A stretch of 60,871 nt of DNA. Source: an uncultured Methanosarcinales archaeon (lineage in GTDB: Archaea > Nanobdellota > Nanobdellia > Woesearchaeales > GW2011-AR4). Within the stretch, counting starts at the first letter, position 1, and every line of letters begins with the position of its first letter. Both the position numbers and the translations under genes were made by a program. The notes beneath the pieces were generated by a model. That model saw only the letters and a program-made list of their open reading frames with translations. It searched no databases and was not told the DNA's origin. The DNA lies in NCBI GenBank assembly GCA_964611745.1, contig CAZTBE010000002.1:1-60871 (forward strand), written 5' to 3'. This document shows, in pieces, positions 29,147 to 39,129 of this stretch.

Positions 29147-30859
29147 ATGTGTATGAGGATTAAAAGAAGTTATATTGAAGCAGGTATATTTATTGCAGTT
29201 TATTTATTTGCTATTTATGTATGGACATTGCCTTTCCAGGACAATAGAACTCCTTATGGAGAATGGGATGCTATATCGCATTGGGAACTAGGAGATTTTA
29301 TAGCCCAATATGACCAGACATTTGTATATTTACCTGGTTTCCTTGATTATTCTTATGGGGGAGATAACAATTATAAACCTCACACATTGTGGTATCATCC
29401 ACCTTTCCATACTGATTTTGCCATAATATCTGCATTTTCTAATGATAGGATGGTGCCTATATTCCTTACAAATGCAATATTTGCAAGCGCCATATTGATT
29501 TCGGTTTTTTTTGTCATAAACAGATTGTTTGGGTTTCTGCCAGCGATATTGTCGTCTTTTATGCTTACTTTTTCAATGAGGGATATACTGCCTTACCTGT
29601 GGGGGCAATGGCCTGAGAGGTTTGCCTATGCTTTCATTCCTTTAGTCTTATATTGTTTTTATATGTATTATATCAGTTATTCCAGAGAAAAAAACAAACC
29701 AATTTACTTGTACATAATGTCTCTGCTTCTTGCTATTAATGTGTTTATACATCCATTGGTTTTCTTCCATACTTTAATCGGTATTTTTGTACTGGGTGTA
29801 ACTTTAGCAATAAAACTGAGAAAAATGCCATTTAATCTAAAGCATATAAGCATTTTCTTACTACTTTTTCTGGTCTTGTTTGCAGTCTTCCCTTACCAAA
29901 CCGGCAATGTCATTGTTTCTTTTACCAAAAGCTCTACTCCGGAAGAAAGCAAATACCCATTAATCTCCAGATTACTGCAATGGGCTCCGAACCCCAGGGA
30001 TTTTGTTGGTTCAGTTCCAGGAACATACTTTTCTTTTGAGCAGATGATTGGCTATTGGGGATTTTTGGATGATAGCAAGTCACAAGGAATTAATTCAGAT
30101 TCGCCTTTTTTTAAGAAATTATCCGTAAATATAACAAACCTGCTTTTTATCTTTCTTGTTATCGGCATAGCAATCCTATTTTTAAGAAAAGAACAGAGAG
30201 ATATTTTTCTTTTGGCATGGCTAATTAGTTTATACCTTGTTTTACACAGAGATTTAATCGGAAAATTTACTTTCCTGCACAGATCTCTTTCTGCAACAGC
30301 GCATATATTTATACCAATAATTGTTATTGGAGCACTTTCTATATCTTCACTGATTAAAATACCAAAAATGTATAGATCTTTATTGAAGTATGTGATAGCT
30401 GTTTTAATTGTTGCATTTACACTTATGTATAATATGCCTTTTGCATTCTCTACGCTTGATAATGCTTATAATTCACCTTTAATAAGGCTTAATCCTGCAC
30501 AAATTGAGGTCAGCGAGTGGTTAAAGGATAATATTCCTGAAGACCGCAATGTTTCTATAATAGGAACACCAGAGCAATTAGATAAGAAAGTTTGGTGGAT
30601 GGCCTCTTATTCTCATCGTGTAAGCCATTATTTTGAAGGATTTTTTACATGGTCCTCTGAGGATGAGGAAACTAAACAGAGAATTGCCAGTGGCCACCTG
30701 TTAAGCGATTATGTGGTTTTTGATTACTCTGACATAGCCTTGTTAAGTGACAGGAGTTTTGTTGAACGATGGCTGGAATTTGAGCAACGAAACATGGCAA
30801 ATCATACATTATTGTATAATAAAGATAATATGAAGGTGTATAAATATGAATCTTCTTAA
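29147..30859 (+). CDS. GT-C-type polytopic membrane protein with C-terminal soluble domain (paralogue of 35125..36843)
   Basis: 570 aa. YGEWDAISH loop, WYHPPFH, LWGQWP. After the last TM: EWLKDNIPE...VWWMASYSH. Confidence 0.6.
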   Translation: MCMRIKRSYIEAGIFIAVYLFAIYVWTLPFQDNRTPYGEWDAISHWELGDFIAQYDQTFVYLPGFLDYSYGGDNNYKPHTLWYHPPFHTDFAIISAFSNDRMVPIFLTNAIFASAILISVFFVINRLFGFLPAILSSFMLTFSMRDILPYLWGQWPERFAYAFIPLVLYCFYMYYISYSREKNKPIYLYIMSLLLAINVFIHPLVFFHTLIGIFVLGVTLAIKLRKMPFNLKHISIFLLLFLVLFAVFPYQTGNVIVSFTKSSTPEESKYPLISRLLQWAPNPRDFVGSVPGTYFSFEQMIGYWGFLDDSKSQGINSDSPFFKKLSVNITNLLFIFLVIGIAILFLRKEQRDIFLLAWLISLYLVLHRDLIGKFTFLHRSLSATAHIFIPIIVIGALSISSLIKIPKMYRSLLKYVIAVLIVAFTLMYNMPFAFSTLDNAYNSPLIRLNPAQIEVSEWLKDNIPEDRNVSIIGTPEQLDKKVWWMASYSHRVSHYFEGFFTWSSEDEETKQRIASGHLLSDYVVFDYSDIALLSDRSFVERWLEFEQRNMANHTLLYNKDNMKVYKYESS

Positions 30860-31181
30860 AATTGAAAATCTTGGATTTATAGGAATTATTGCAGCTGTGG
30901 TGCTTGTTTTTTTCTATTTTATACTGGGTTTTTCAGGAATGATGGCAGTTTTAGGCATTATGCTTCTGTTTATTTTTCCGATTTATCTCATACTTGATAA
31001 CTTTGACTTAAAACAAGATGAGAAAATAGTATTTTCATTCTTTTTAGGCGTGGGAATTTTCCCGTCTTTGGTATATTGGCCAGCTACTGTTATATCCTTG
31101 AGGTTATCTATTGTTATTAGTTTTGTAATATTGGTTGTTGTGGCTTATTTGGTTAGGAAATTCTATAAGAAAAAATCTTAA
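30846..31181 (+). CDS. small polytopic membrane protein coupled to the preceding GT-C gene
   Basis: 111 aa, 3-4 TM segments. Overlaps the upstream stop by 14 nt. Weak collinear similarity to 34776..35165 (LFIFPIYL vs LFVLPGYF). Confidence 0.55.
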   Translation: MNLLKIENLGFIGIIAAVVLVFFYFILGFSGMMAVLGIMLLFIFPIYLILDNFDLKQDEKIVFSFFLGVGIFPSLVYWPATVISLRLSIVISFVILVVVAYLVRKFYKKKS

Positions 31182-31205
31182 TGGAAATAAAATCATATAA
31201 AAGAT

Positions 31206-31222
31206 AAATTTTAAATATGCAC
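31206..31222 (+). promoter_or_regulatory. TATA-like box plus conserved TGCAC (shared promoter 17-mer, copy 1)
   Basis: AAATTTTAAATATGCAC lies about 40-50 nt upstream of ATG 31261. It matches 45332-45348 at 16 of 17 positions. Confidence 0.4.
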
Positions 31223-31260
31223 GTTAATTTAACGGCGCAGATAGAAGTTCAAATAAAAAT

Positions 31261-31956
31261 ATGAAAAGACCAAAATCTTTGTCTATACTTATACCCTGCT
31301 ATAATGAAGAGGACAATATAAGGGAGTGTATAAAGAGAATACCTTCTATGAGATGGAAGACTGAGGTAATAGTTATAGATGATGGCAGCAGCGATAAAAC
31401 GACACAGTTTGCTAAAGGGGTAGGATACAGGGGCAGGCTGAAGACAATCCATTATAAACCTAATAGGGGCAAAGGGCATGCTGTCAGGAAAGGCCTGGAA
31501 GCTGCCAGGGGAGATGTTGCTATAATTCTTGATGCTGATATGTCATCCCCACCAGAGGAGATACCTTTAATTGTAAAGCCGATTTTTGAAGGCAAAGCTG
31601 ATTTTGTGAATGGAACCAGGTTAGTCTATCCGATGGATAAAGGAGCAATGAAATTAATCCATATACCAGGCAATAGGATATTTGCGTTGTTGGTGTCGAT
31701 GATTGTAGGGAAATACCTTACTGATTCTTTATGCGGATTTAAGGCTTTTAAAGTAAAACCATTTGCGAGAAAATTAAAAGAGGATAGTTGGCCTGATTTC
31801 GAGTTGCTTATAAAAGCAAAAAGAATGGGCATGAAAATAGTTGAAGTTCCTATACATTACAAGGTAAGAGTAGGAGGGGTTTCTAAGATGAAGACAATTA
31901 GGCATGGTTATAACATGCTGAATATGCTCCTAAGAAGCTTAAAGAAAGATTACTAA
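31261..31956 (+). CDS. GT2, polyprenyl-phosphate sugar synthase-like
   Basis: ILIPCYNEEDNI, IDDGSSD, LDADMS. 231 aa. Confidence 0.85.
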   Translation: MKRPKSLSILIPCYNEEDNIRECIKRIPSMRWKTEVIVIDDGSSDKTTQFAKGVGYRGRLKTIHYKPNRGKGHAVRKGLEAARGDVAIILDADMSSPPEEIPLIVKPIFEGKADFVNGTRLVYPMDKGAMKLIHIPGNRIFALLVSMIVGKYLTDSLCGFKAFKVKPFARKLKEDSWPDFELLIKAKRMGMKIVEVPIHYKVRVGGVSKMKTIRHGYNMLNMLLRSLKKDY

Positions 31957-31971
31957 ATATGAACTATGAAC

Positions 31972-33072
31972 TTATTTTTTACCTATTTTCTTAAAATAAT
32001 CCTTATTTTTTAAAGTTATATTTAATTTCAGTTCATTAATGTAAAATTCAATTATTTCGTTGAAAATATAATCAAGGTCTTTGGTTAGTTTCCATGAAGG
32101 ATAATCTTTCCTGAACTTAGACATATCTGAAATCCACCACATATGGTCTGACTCACGGTCTTGGGCTTCTTCATATTCAAGCTTCATAGAGGTTTTAGCT
32201 TCTATTGCATCAATGGTTTCAAATATTGATATTGAATTTTTTCTCTCGCCTCCTAAGTTATAAGGCTCCCCATAAAGCCCATTAGCATTAGGTTTTGGCT
32301 TTTTTATGAATTCATATATTACCGAGGCAACATCAGAGCTATGGATTTGATCCCTTACTCTATACCCTCCACCATAAATGAAATATTTCTTTTTGGTTAA
32401 TGCGCATTTGATTATATACGGCAGGTATCCATGCAGTTCCACTGCTCTTGAATTTTTTCCAGTTAGGCAACCGCCTCTAAAGGTTGCAGTCTTTAGGCCG
32501 TAATTAATACCATACTCCTGGGCATAGATATCCGCAGCAAGCTTTGATGCTCCAAAAGGAGTATGCCCGCACCTATCTACTGCCAACTCTTCGTTAAAAC
32601 TGTCGCATGCTGGATTTTCGTATCTTTTTCCTACAATCTTATACTTAAAATTATTGGGCTGGTCGCCGTAAACCTTATTTGTTGACATAAAAGCAAAAGG
32701 AATATCAGTGTTAAGCTGCCTTGTAAGCTCAAGAAGCTGTAATGTGCCAAAGGCATTTATCTGGAAATCTTCCATTGGAATTTCCATGCTTTTAGGATGA
32801 GATGGCTGGGCTGCAAGATGAACAACAGCATCAACTTTCTTGATAATTTTGGACATGACATCCTTGTCCCTTATATCAGCTTCTATCAACTCTAATTTAT
32901 CATTATTAGAAAGGTGGCTTTCCTCTATGTTGAGCTTATTATTTGCATCATTACCAAATAATTTTTGCCTTGTATTATTATCTACGCTGATTACTTCGTG
33001 GCCTTCTTTTAGGAATAATTCGCAACATGCGCTTCCAATAAGGCCTATTCCACCAGTAACTAAAATCTTCAT
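31972..33072 (-). CDS. extended SDR, CDP-paratose 2-epimerase-like
   Basis: VTGGIGLIGS, STNKVYGD...KY...RY, FGASKLAAD, VRDQIH. Resembles tyvelose/paratose epimerases as I recall them. Confidence 0.75.
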   Translation of the reverse strand: MKILVTGGIGLIGSACCELFLKEGHEVISVDNNTRQKLFGNDANNKLNIEESHLSNNDKLELIEADIRDKDVMSKIIKKVDAVVHLAAQPSHPKSMEIPMEDFQINAFGTLQLLELTRQLNTDIPFAFMSTNKVYGDQPNNFKYKIVGKRYENPACDSFNEELAVDRCGHTPFGASKLAADIYAQEYGINYGLKTATFRGGCLTGKNSRAVELHGYLPYIIKCALTKKKYFIYGGGYRVRDQIHSSDVASVIYEFIKKPKPNANGLYGEPYNLGGERKNSISIFETIDAIEAKTSMKLEYEEAQDRESDHMWWISDMSKFRKDYPSWKLTKDLDYIFNEIIEFYINELKLNITLKNKDYFKKIGKK

Positions 33073-33134
33073 TTTGATGCTATAAAGTTAAAGAATGTTA
33101 TTTAGAACACATTATAAACTTTTCTACAATTGTC

Positions 33135-34775
33135 TCAAGATGGTTTTTTTGTTCCTAAATTTTTTAAATATGGCTTCCAAATCATAAAAAGCAGTAAAAT
33201 CAAAACTGCCAATCCGATGAGGTTTAAAAATAATGAATTCCAGTCCATAACACCTGCCAGGGTATGCAAAAAATCCGATGAAGGTCCGTTGCTTAGGAAT
33301 TTAGATATTGCAACTAACTGTTCGTCGTTTAGTGCAGGTTGATCTAATGTATGAAGACCAGAGTATTGTGTAGATGTCCAATTTAAAAATAGGGATATGA
33401 TGCCAACAACAATGAATAATATCTTCATCTTATTTTTCTTTAGTAAATTATTATTAACAAAAATATATGGCGAAAAAATAAAAAGATAGGGGAGTATAGG
33501 TGTCATATGCCTATTAAATTCTGTTGCTATAGCTGAAGGATATGTAAATGTTAATATGGAAGCATACATGAATGTAAAGATGGCAAATATCGCTATAGCT
33601 AAAGCATCGCGGTAATAAACATCTTTTTTTATAAGTGCCCTATAGATACCATAAAATACCAAAAATATTATTGGAGAGTAAAGAAATGAATTTAACATGT
33701 AAACCAATGTATCCATACCAGGTAATTTTATATCAAAAATTCCTGATATTTTAGCGACACTTTCTGGTAAGACTGTGTAAGCATAAGATTGGGTAAATGG
33801 GTTGTCAAAGACAATGTAATAGTATGAAAATAATAGAAAAACAGGAATTGATGCACCAACAAAAAATGATAATAGCAGTGATAACTTTTGTTTATTTAAA
33901 TCAAAAATCCACAATCTTTTAAATCCTTTTGTCCTGATAGTTTTGCCCTTTATGTAGAAAGATAATAAATAAATAAACAATAATCCTGCGACAAACAGAT
34001 GAAAATAATCAAACCAAGCAGAAAGTCCTGCAAGTATGCCTGCGACAAATAATGTAGCTTTCTTTGACTTTAATTCTTTATGTCTTATCTTAAACAAAAT
34101 AATGAACGCAGCAAACATGAAGAAAATGGCTATTGGTCTTTCAAGAAATCCAGTAGCTAAAGAGAATCGTAATGTTCCAAAAGCAAAAAATAATGTTATA
34201 ACCATTCTTAACTTATCATTCTTAGTAAATCTTTTTAGAAACAGATATAGCAAAAGAACGGTTAATGCACTAAACAAAGAAGTGGTAAATAACGGAAGGA
34301 TGAATCCCGAAATAATGAGATATTCTAAAATTTGTCTTTTACTAAAACCTGGAAGGTAACTTGAAGGGATTCTTTTATTTCCGTCGTAGTCATCAGGCAG
34401 ACTAGCCCCATAGTTTTCAAGCTTTTCAAACAAAGAATTTATTATCTCTTTAGGCAAAAGATAAAAAATTGGTCTGCTTACTATATAAATAGGCACGGAA
34501 ATAAATGAAATTCCGGGGGCTTGGCCCGAGTAGTAATGATCATCATAGAATGCTATACCACCGCCAGCAACTCTATAGTATGTGTCTATCTCGAATCTGC
34601 CTTCGTTTACAATTGCGGCTGTAAGTGCAGATTGGCTATTGGCCATAGTACTTGATCCAAACATTTGCAGGTAAAAAATGTAGACAATCCAGACTGTTAA
34701 GAACAGCTTAAACTCTTTACTTCTAAAAAAATTTGATTTTATATCTAACATTTTTATTAATCTAATATTAAACAA
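33135..34775 (-). CDS. GT-C-like polytopic membrane protein
   Basis: 546 aa, mostly TM. First loop DDHYYSGQAPGISFISVP resembles the D..YS.KaPG loop of bacterial/archaeal GT-C families. Confidence 0.6.
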   Translation of the reverse strand: MFNIRLIKMLDIKSNFFRSKEFKLFLTVWIVYIFYLQMFGSSTMANSQSALTAAIVNEGRFEIDTYYRVAGGGIAFYDDHYYSGQAPGISFISVPIYIVSRPIFYLLPKEIINSLFEKLENYGASLPDDYDGNKRIPSSYLPGFSKRQILEYLIISGFILPLFTTSLFSALTVLLLYLFLKRFTKNDKLRMVITLFFAFGTLRFSLATGFLERPIAIFFMFAAFIILFKIRHKELKSKKATLFVAGILAGLSAWFDYFHLFVAGLLFIYLLSFYIKGKTIRTKGFKRLWIFDLNKQKLSLLLSFFVGASIPVFLLFSYYYIVFDNPFTQSYAYTVLPESVAKISGIFDIKLPGMDTLVYMLNSFLYSPIIFLVFYGIYRALIKKDVYYRDALAIAIFAIFTFMYASILTFTYPSAIATEFNRHMTPILPYLFIFSPYIFVNNNLLKKNKMKILFIVVGIISLFLNWTSTQYSGLHTLDQPALNDEQLVAISKFLSNGPSSDFLHTLAGVMDWNSLFLNLIGLAVLILLLFMIWKPYLKNLGTKKPS

Positions 34776-35165
34776 TTACTGGTCTTTTGTTAATCTGAAA
34801 TTGATTATGACCCCAAACAATATTAATATTAACGGAAGTACAATTGTATGGTACTTTATATTTAATCCGATTAATCCAAGATAATAGCTAAATATTCCAA
34901 TTATGGCCGCAGCTAAAGCAATACCAATTATGAACCTCTCTATAAATTCCAGCTTTTCTTTCCAGTAAAGCATTAAAAAATAACCAGGCAAAACAAACAG
35001 CCAAAATAATGATAGAGCATTTCTAAACAAAATAATTAAATTCTCTTTGAAAAATGCAATTTTAAATATAATCATGACTAATAAAAACAAAAGTCCAATA
35101 TATTTCAATTCTTTTAGTGCAGTGTTAAAAACTTCTTTCTTCAATGCAATCAGCCCCCACATCAC
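34776..35165 (-). CDS. small polytopic membrane protein coupled to the upstream GT-C gene
   Basis: 129 aa, 4 TM segments. Overlaps the 35125..36843 stop and abuts the next gene with no gap. Confidence 0.55.
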   Translation of the reverse strand: MMWGLIALKKEVFNTALKELKYIGLLFLLVMIIFKIAFFKENLIILFRNALSLFWLFVLPGYFLMLYWKEKLEFIERFIIGIALAAAIIGIFSYYLGLIGLNIKYHTIVLPLILILFGVIINFRLTKDQ

Positions 35166-36843
35166 TATTTTTCAATATGAATACGAATTGATTGTCAAAT
35201 ACAAGAGTAATAGATTCTTTTTTTAATAGTTCTTGTGCAATCAAAACATTATACTGTGCAAGAACCTCTTGCCTTGAAACTTTATCAAAAATTAAATAGT
35301 CAAATGTACAAATATCTCTAGGGCCATAAAAAAATTCCCCCGGTTTATCTTTAAAAGCATTTTCAAAATTAAAAAAACTGCTTCTTATTGGTGTTCCCCC
35401 TCCGGCATCTCCAGGAAACTCACTTATATAACTTCTTTTGATTTTTCTTTCCTGAAGAGCATTGATGAAATCACCAGGATCAACCTGGTGATGCACTCTT
35501 TTTGAGTTTCTTAGAAGCGCATCCTGATCATATATGTCCCCATAAAAAAAATAGATTATTGCATCAGGTTCAGCATTATCACTGATCCATGTTAAAGATT
35601 CCCAATGGTAAGGATCCATTATACCTTGGCTCGTTCTTGCATTGTTTTGTGGAAATGTTTTTAGAACAGATTTAAAAAGATCAGCGGAAAATGGCATGTT
35701 CTCAAGAGACATTTGCAAACTATTTTGGAACTTAACATTTTCTGGAACTATGCCTAGTATAAGAATGGTAAGGATAAGCAAGACCACTGGAGTGTAAACT
35801 GAATTCCATTTTTTTACTATAATTTTAAGAATGGCATAAATTCCAAACCCCGCAAATACTGAGAGATAGATTGGCCAGTAAAATCTTATCTGAAAAGATC
35901 TAAGTCCAAATCCTATATAGTTTAGAAAACCACTAATAAGCATTGCAAAAGCTAGAATTATAGAAGCATGTAAACTCTTTAATTTTGTCAGGGAAAAGAC
36001 AATTCCAATAATTATCGGTATTAATAATAAGCCAAACCCTATCAGGTAGAATCCCGGATTTCCATCCCATATAGGCTGAACTCCAAATTCATATGCCTGA
36101 CTTTTAGCCCATGAATTCTGAAAAATTACCAGATAATAAAACGAAATTACAAAGAAAACACCAAGGAATATTGCCGCATTTTTGATATCCTCCTTGTTAA
36201 ATTTTTTTACTAATATTTTTATACCAAAAAATAAAGCTAAGAATATCAAAGCAAATATGGCTTCCGATGTATGGGTTAATGCTATTGCTGAGAGCGATAA
36301 TGCTATGATAAGAAATGATTTATCCAGGTCTATCCTCATAATGCTCCAGGCAAATAATATAAGGAAGGATTGTGATAATACAGAGGGCCAGTGACCCCAT
36401 AAGAATCCCAATGAAAGCGGAAATGAAAAAATAAGTATTGATAAGGGGAGTGAGAGCAAAGCTACTGTTTTGTTAAAATTTCTTATTATGAGGTACATCA
36501 CAAAACTTGCAATTATTGAAAAGAATACAACTATGAAATATATTGAATCATAAACTTCTGTTCCGGATGCATATGAAAATATTGCAGCCAAATGATAAAC
36601 TACTGGAGGATAAACTCCAACAATATTTTCTACCCCTTTTTCTAGATATGGAGGCTCATACCTAAAATTTCCTATATCTTTAATAGATTCTGCCCTTATT
36701 TGATGCTGAAAAGCGTCAGATGCGCCATAAGCAAAAGGAAAGTCATGCTTAATCTTGTGGTCAAATAAAGCCCCAGGACCTGAAAAAAGTATCACTCCAA
36801 AAAAAATTATGAGTATTATTTTCTCCAGGTTTATTTTTGTCAT
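35125..36843 (-). CDS. GT-C-type polytopic membrane protein with C-terminal soluble domain (paralogue of 29147..30859)
   Basis: 572 aa. YGASDAFQH loop, VYPPVVYH, LWGHWP. C-terminal domain starts WISDNAEPD. Confidence 0.6.
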   Translation of the reverse strand: MTKINLEKIILIIFFGVILFSGPGALFDHKIKHDFPFAYGASDAFQHQIRAESIKDIGNFRYEPPYLEKGVENIVGVYPPVVYHLAAIFSYASGTEVYDSIYFIVVFFSIIASFVMYLIIRNFNKTVALLSLPLSILIFSFPLSLGFLWGHWPSVLSQSFLILFAWSIMRIDLDKSFLIIALSLSAIALTHTSEAIFALIFLALFFGIKILVKKFNKEDIKNAAIFLGVFFVISFYYLVIFQNSWAKSQAYEFGVQPIWDGNPGFYLIGFGLLLIPIIIGIVFSLTKLKSLHASIILAFAMLISGFLNYIGFGLRSFQIRFYWPIYLSVFAGFGIYAILKIIVKKWNSVYTPVVLLILTILILGIVPENVKFQNSLQMSLENMPFSADLFKSVLKTFPQNNARTSQGIMDPYHWESLTWISDNAEPDAIIYFFYGDIYDQDALLRNSKRVHHQVDPGDFINALQERKIKRSYISEFPGDAGGGTPIRSSFFNFENAFKDKPGEFFYGPRDICTFDYLIFDKVSRQEVLAQYNVLIAQELLKKESITLVFDNQFVFILKNSDVGADCIEERSF

Positions 36844-36852
36844 GCTTAAAAA

Positions 36853-39129
36853 TCACCTTTGTTGATTTTCAGGGTTCTTCATCTTTGAATAAGTAGCGTA
36901 AAATAAATATATTATCAAAACTAAAATAGTTAATAATGTTATTATTTTTCCTTTTCTAAAGGAATCTGGGTTGTACTTAAATATTAAATCTCCCACCTCT
37001 CCAGTTAAATAAACTGCGCTTATGGCACTGTCTGTTTTGTATAGTTTTAAAACACGTCCATTTATTGTTGTTTCCCATCCAGGGAAATGAGCAAATCTCT
37101 CGCTTAGGACAAGAAACCCTGTTTCCCCATCAAGAGCAATAGAAAATTCATTCACAGAAATTTCTCTTGATTTTAGCTCTTTATTGGTACTACTTGATTT
37201 AAGGATGTCTATAATTGATTCCTTTGAAATTGAGTTTTGCCCTTCAAGAAGGTTGGGCAGTATTTTTCCACCATTGTCCACATATTGCTGCAGCTTTGAA
37301 ATGTCACTTTGTGTTACAGAATCCTTTAGTAATATAACGCTATTGAAATTTTTTAATTCATCAATATCATGGTCCGCTATGGCGCTTTTTCCCTCTATTA
37401 ATGCGGTTGATAATGGATCTAGGTTTTCTAATATAAGACTATAAGAAAAATCTCTTTTATCATTATCATTACCCAGCACTAAAATGCTATTATTCACAAT
37501 AAAGGCTCTCGGGATTACATTCTTGTTTTCGTAAAGATATGGCCCAGATGGTTCTGTAGGAACACAATCTTCACATTTCTGGAACCTTTGTTTTAATGAA
37601 AGACCAGAATCATCGATTTCCCTATCAGATATAATATATTTGCCATTTAAGATTCCAAACATCTTTGAAGGAGCTGCTTGTTGCGCAATAGCCAGATACT
37701 GTACATAGTCATTTATCCAGATTCCACCACCACCTTTAATTGCAGGTATGCCAAGCTGTGAGTAATAATTATAACCAGATGCGCCTATAGGTGTTGATAA
37801 TGCATAAGTTGCGATTCTAAAATCACTTTGGTCTTTACTTATTTCATTTAGAGTTGGTACATCTTTTGGTTTTACAACCTCGACAGATGCTGGAAATTTG
37901 TATGATGATGCCAATTCAATGACTAAGATTGCTAATATAATTGAAAATATAAGCCCTTCTTTGATATTTTTTTTATATTTTTTTAGAATACTGACTAAAT
38001 TGCTGAATCCATAGGCAATTATAATTGGAGACGCAAAAACGAACATTACTAAAGCGCGTTCAATATGCCTCATCTGTCCAAAACCTGGAAGCTGATAGAA
38101 AAATTTTGTAACAAATGTTCCTGAAGCAAGCAATACGGACAGTACCATCAGAAGAATAGAGAACATAACAATTTTTTTTCTAAAAGACAGTAAACCAAAT
38201 AATAAGAGTATCAGGGAAGTAATGCCTATTGCTCCGGAAAATCCACTGCTGTCTGACAAATTGACCAGATGACCCCATAAGCTGCCTAAATTTATCGGAT
38301 ATCCGAGATATTCCTGGTAATTTACTCCAGAAGCCCTGCTGGACATTTTTGTGAATTCAAGAACAGGCAACAGCTTTAATGCAGACAAACCAACCAATAA
38401 AATGCCTATAACCAGGGAGACAAGTATTGCTTTTACAATCCTTTTTTTGAAGTTGTTTCCTATCAAATTCCAGGCAATATATAATCCAATTATTAATCCG
38501 GTATAAAGAAAGAATATCATCCCTCCAGCATAAATCATCATTGAAAAGAATAAAGCAGCGATTATGGAGTTATTCAGCCATGACTTTTTATTCAATGCCC
38601 TGTATGTGAAGAGGAAGACAAAAGGCATAAGGGAATAACTTTCTACAATATTAAGATGTCCTGCAAGAGCAAATTTTTGTATAACTCCATTGAACATGAA
38701 AATTAAGGATGCAATAAATGCAATGTTCTGTTTTCTTAATATTTCATAAATAAGAAGGTACATTCCTAATCCAGCAAGAAAAAAATAACTTATTACTGCA
38801 AGATTCATTGCAAGGAATATATTCTTGAATAATAAAATGTACAGAAAATTAAGATCAAATAAGTAATGTTCCGGAATTGCCATGAATGGCTCTCCGCTGT
38901 AGAAATAAGGAGTCCAGAGTGGAAATACTCCAAACTCATGCAGACTCTTCCTTATATTCTCTGACTGGAAGGTCATATCGTTTATGTAATGTATATTACC
39001 GAATATTCTTGAAGAACTTAATATGCTCGAAAAAAAAATCAGAGTTATAAGGAGCAACAAAAAAATATAAAAATGCTTTTTTACCAGATATTTTGATTTA
39101 GAGATAATCAATTCCTTTTTCATTGTCAC
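36853..39129 (-). CDS. large polytopic membrane protein, YfhO-like GT-C candidate
   Basis: 758 aa. N-terminal loop FPLWTPYFYSGEPFMAIPEH resembles YfhO family proteins. Large extracytoplasmic domain and a C-terminal TM anchor. Confidence 0.55.
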   Translation of the reverse strand: MTMKKELIISKSKYLVKKHFYIFLLLLITLIFFSSILSSSRIFGNIHYINDMTFQSENIRKSLHEFGVFPLWTPYFYSGEPFMAIPEHYLFDLNFLYILLFKNIFLAMNLAVISYFFLAGLGMYLLIYEILRKQNIAFIASLIFMFNGVIQKFALAGHLNIVESYSLMPFVFLFTYRALNKKSWLNNSIIAALFFSMMIYAGGMIFFLYTGLIIGLYIAWNLIGNNFKKRIVKAILVSLVIGILLVGLSALKLLPVLEFTKMSSRASGVNYQEYLGYPINLGSLWGHLVNLSDSSGFSGAIGITSLILLLFGLLSFRKKIVMFSILLMVLSVLLASGTFVTKFFYQLPGFGQMRHIERALVMFVFASPIIIAYGFSNLVSILKKYKKNIKEGLIFSIILAILVIELASSYKFPASVEVVKPKDVPTLNEISKDQSDFRIATYALSTPIGASGYNYYSQLGIPAIKGGGGIWINDYVQYLAIAQQAAPSKMFGILNGKYIISDREIDDSGLSLKQRFQKCEDCVPTEPSGPYLYENKNVIPRAFIVNNSILVLGNDNDKRDFSYSLILENLDPLSTALIEGKSAIADHDIDELKNFNSVILLKDSVTQSDISKLQQYVDNGGKILPNLLEGQNSISKESIIDILKSSSTNKELKSREISVNEFSIALDGETGFLVLSERFAHFPGWETTINGRVLKLYKTDSAISAVYLTGEVGDLIFKYNPDSFRKGKIITLLTILVLIIYLFYATYSKMKNPENQQR

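Noticed and set aside
36853-39129. Possible AglB/STT3 oligosaccharyltransferase
   Set aside because: No WWDYG motif is present (only GGGIWINDY). The N-terminal loop looks YfhO-like instead. None of the other GT-C proteins has WWDYG either; 29147..30859 has only VWWMASY.
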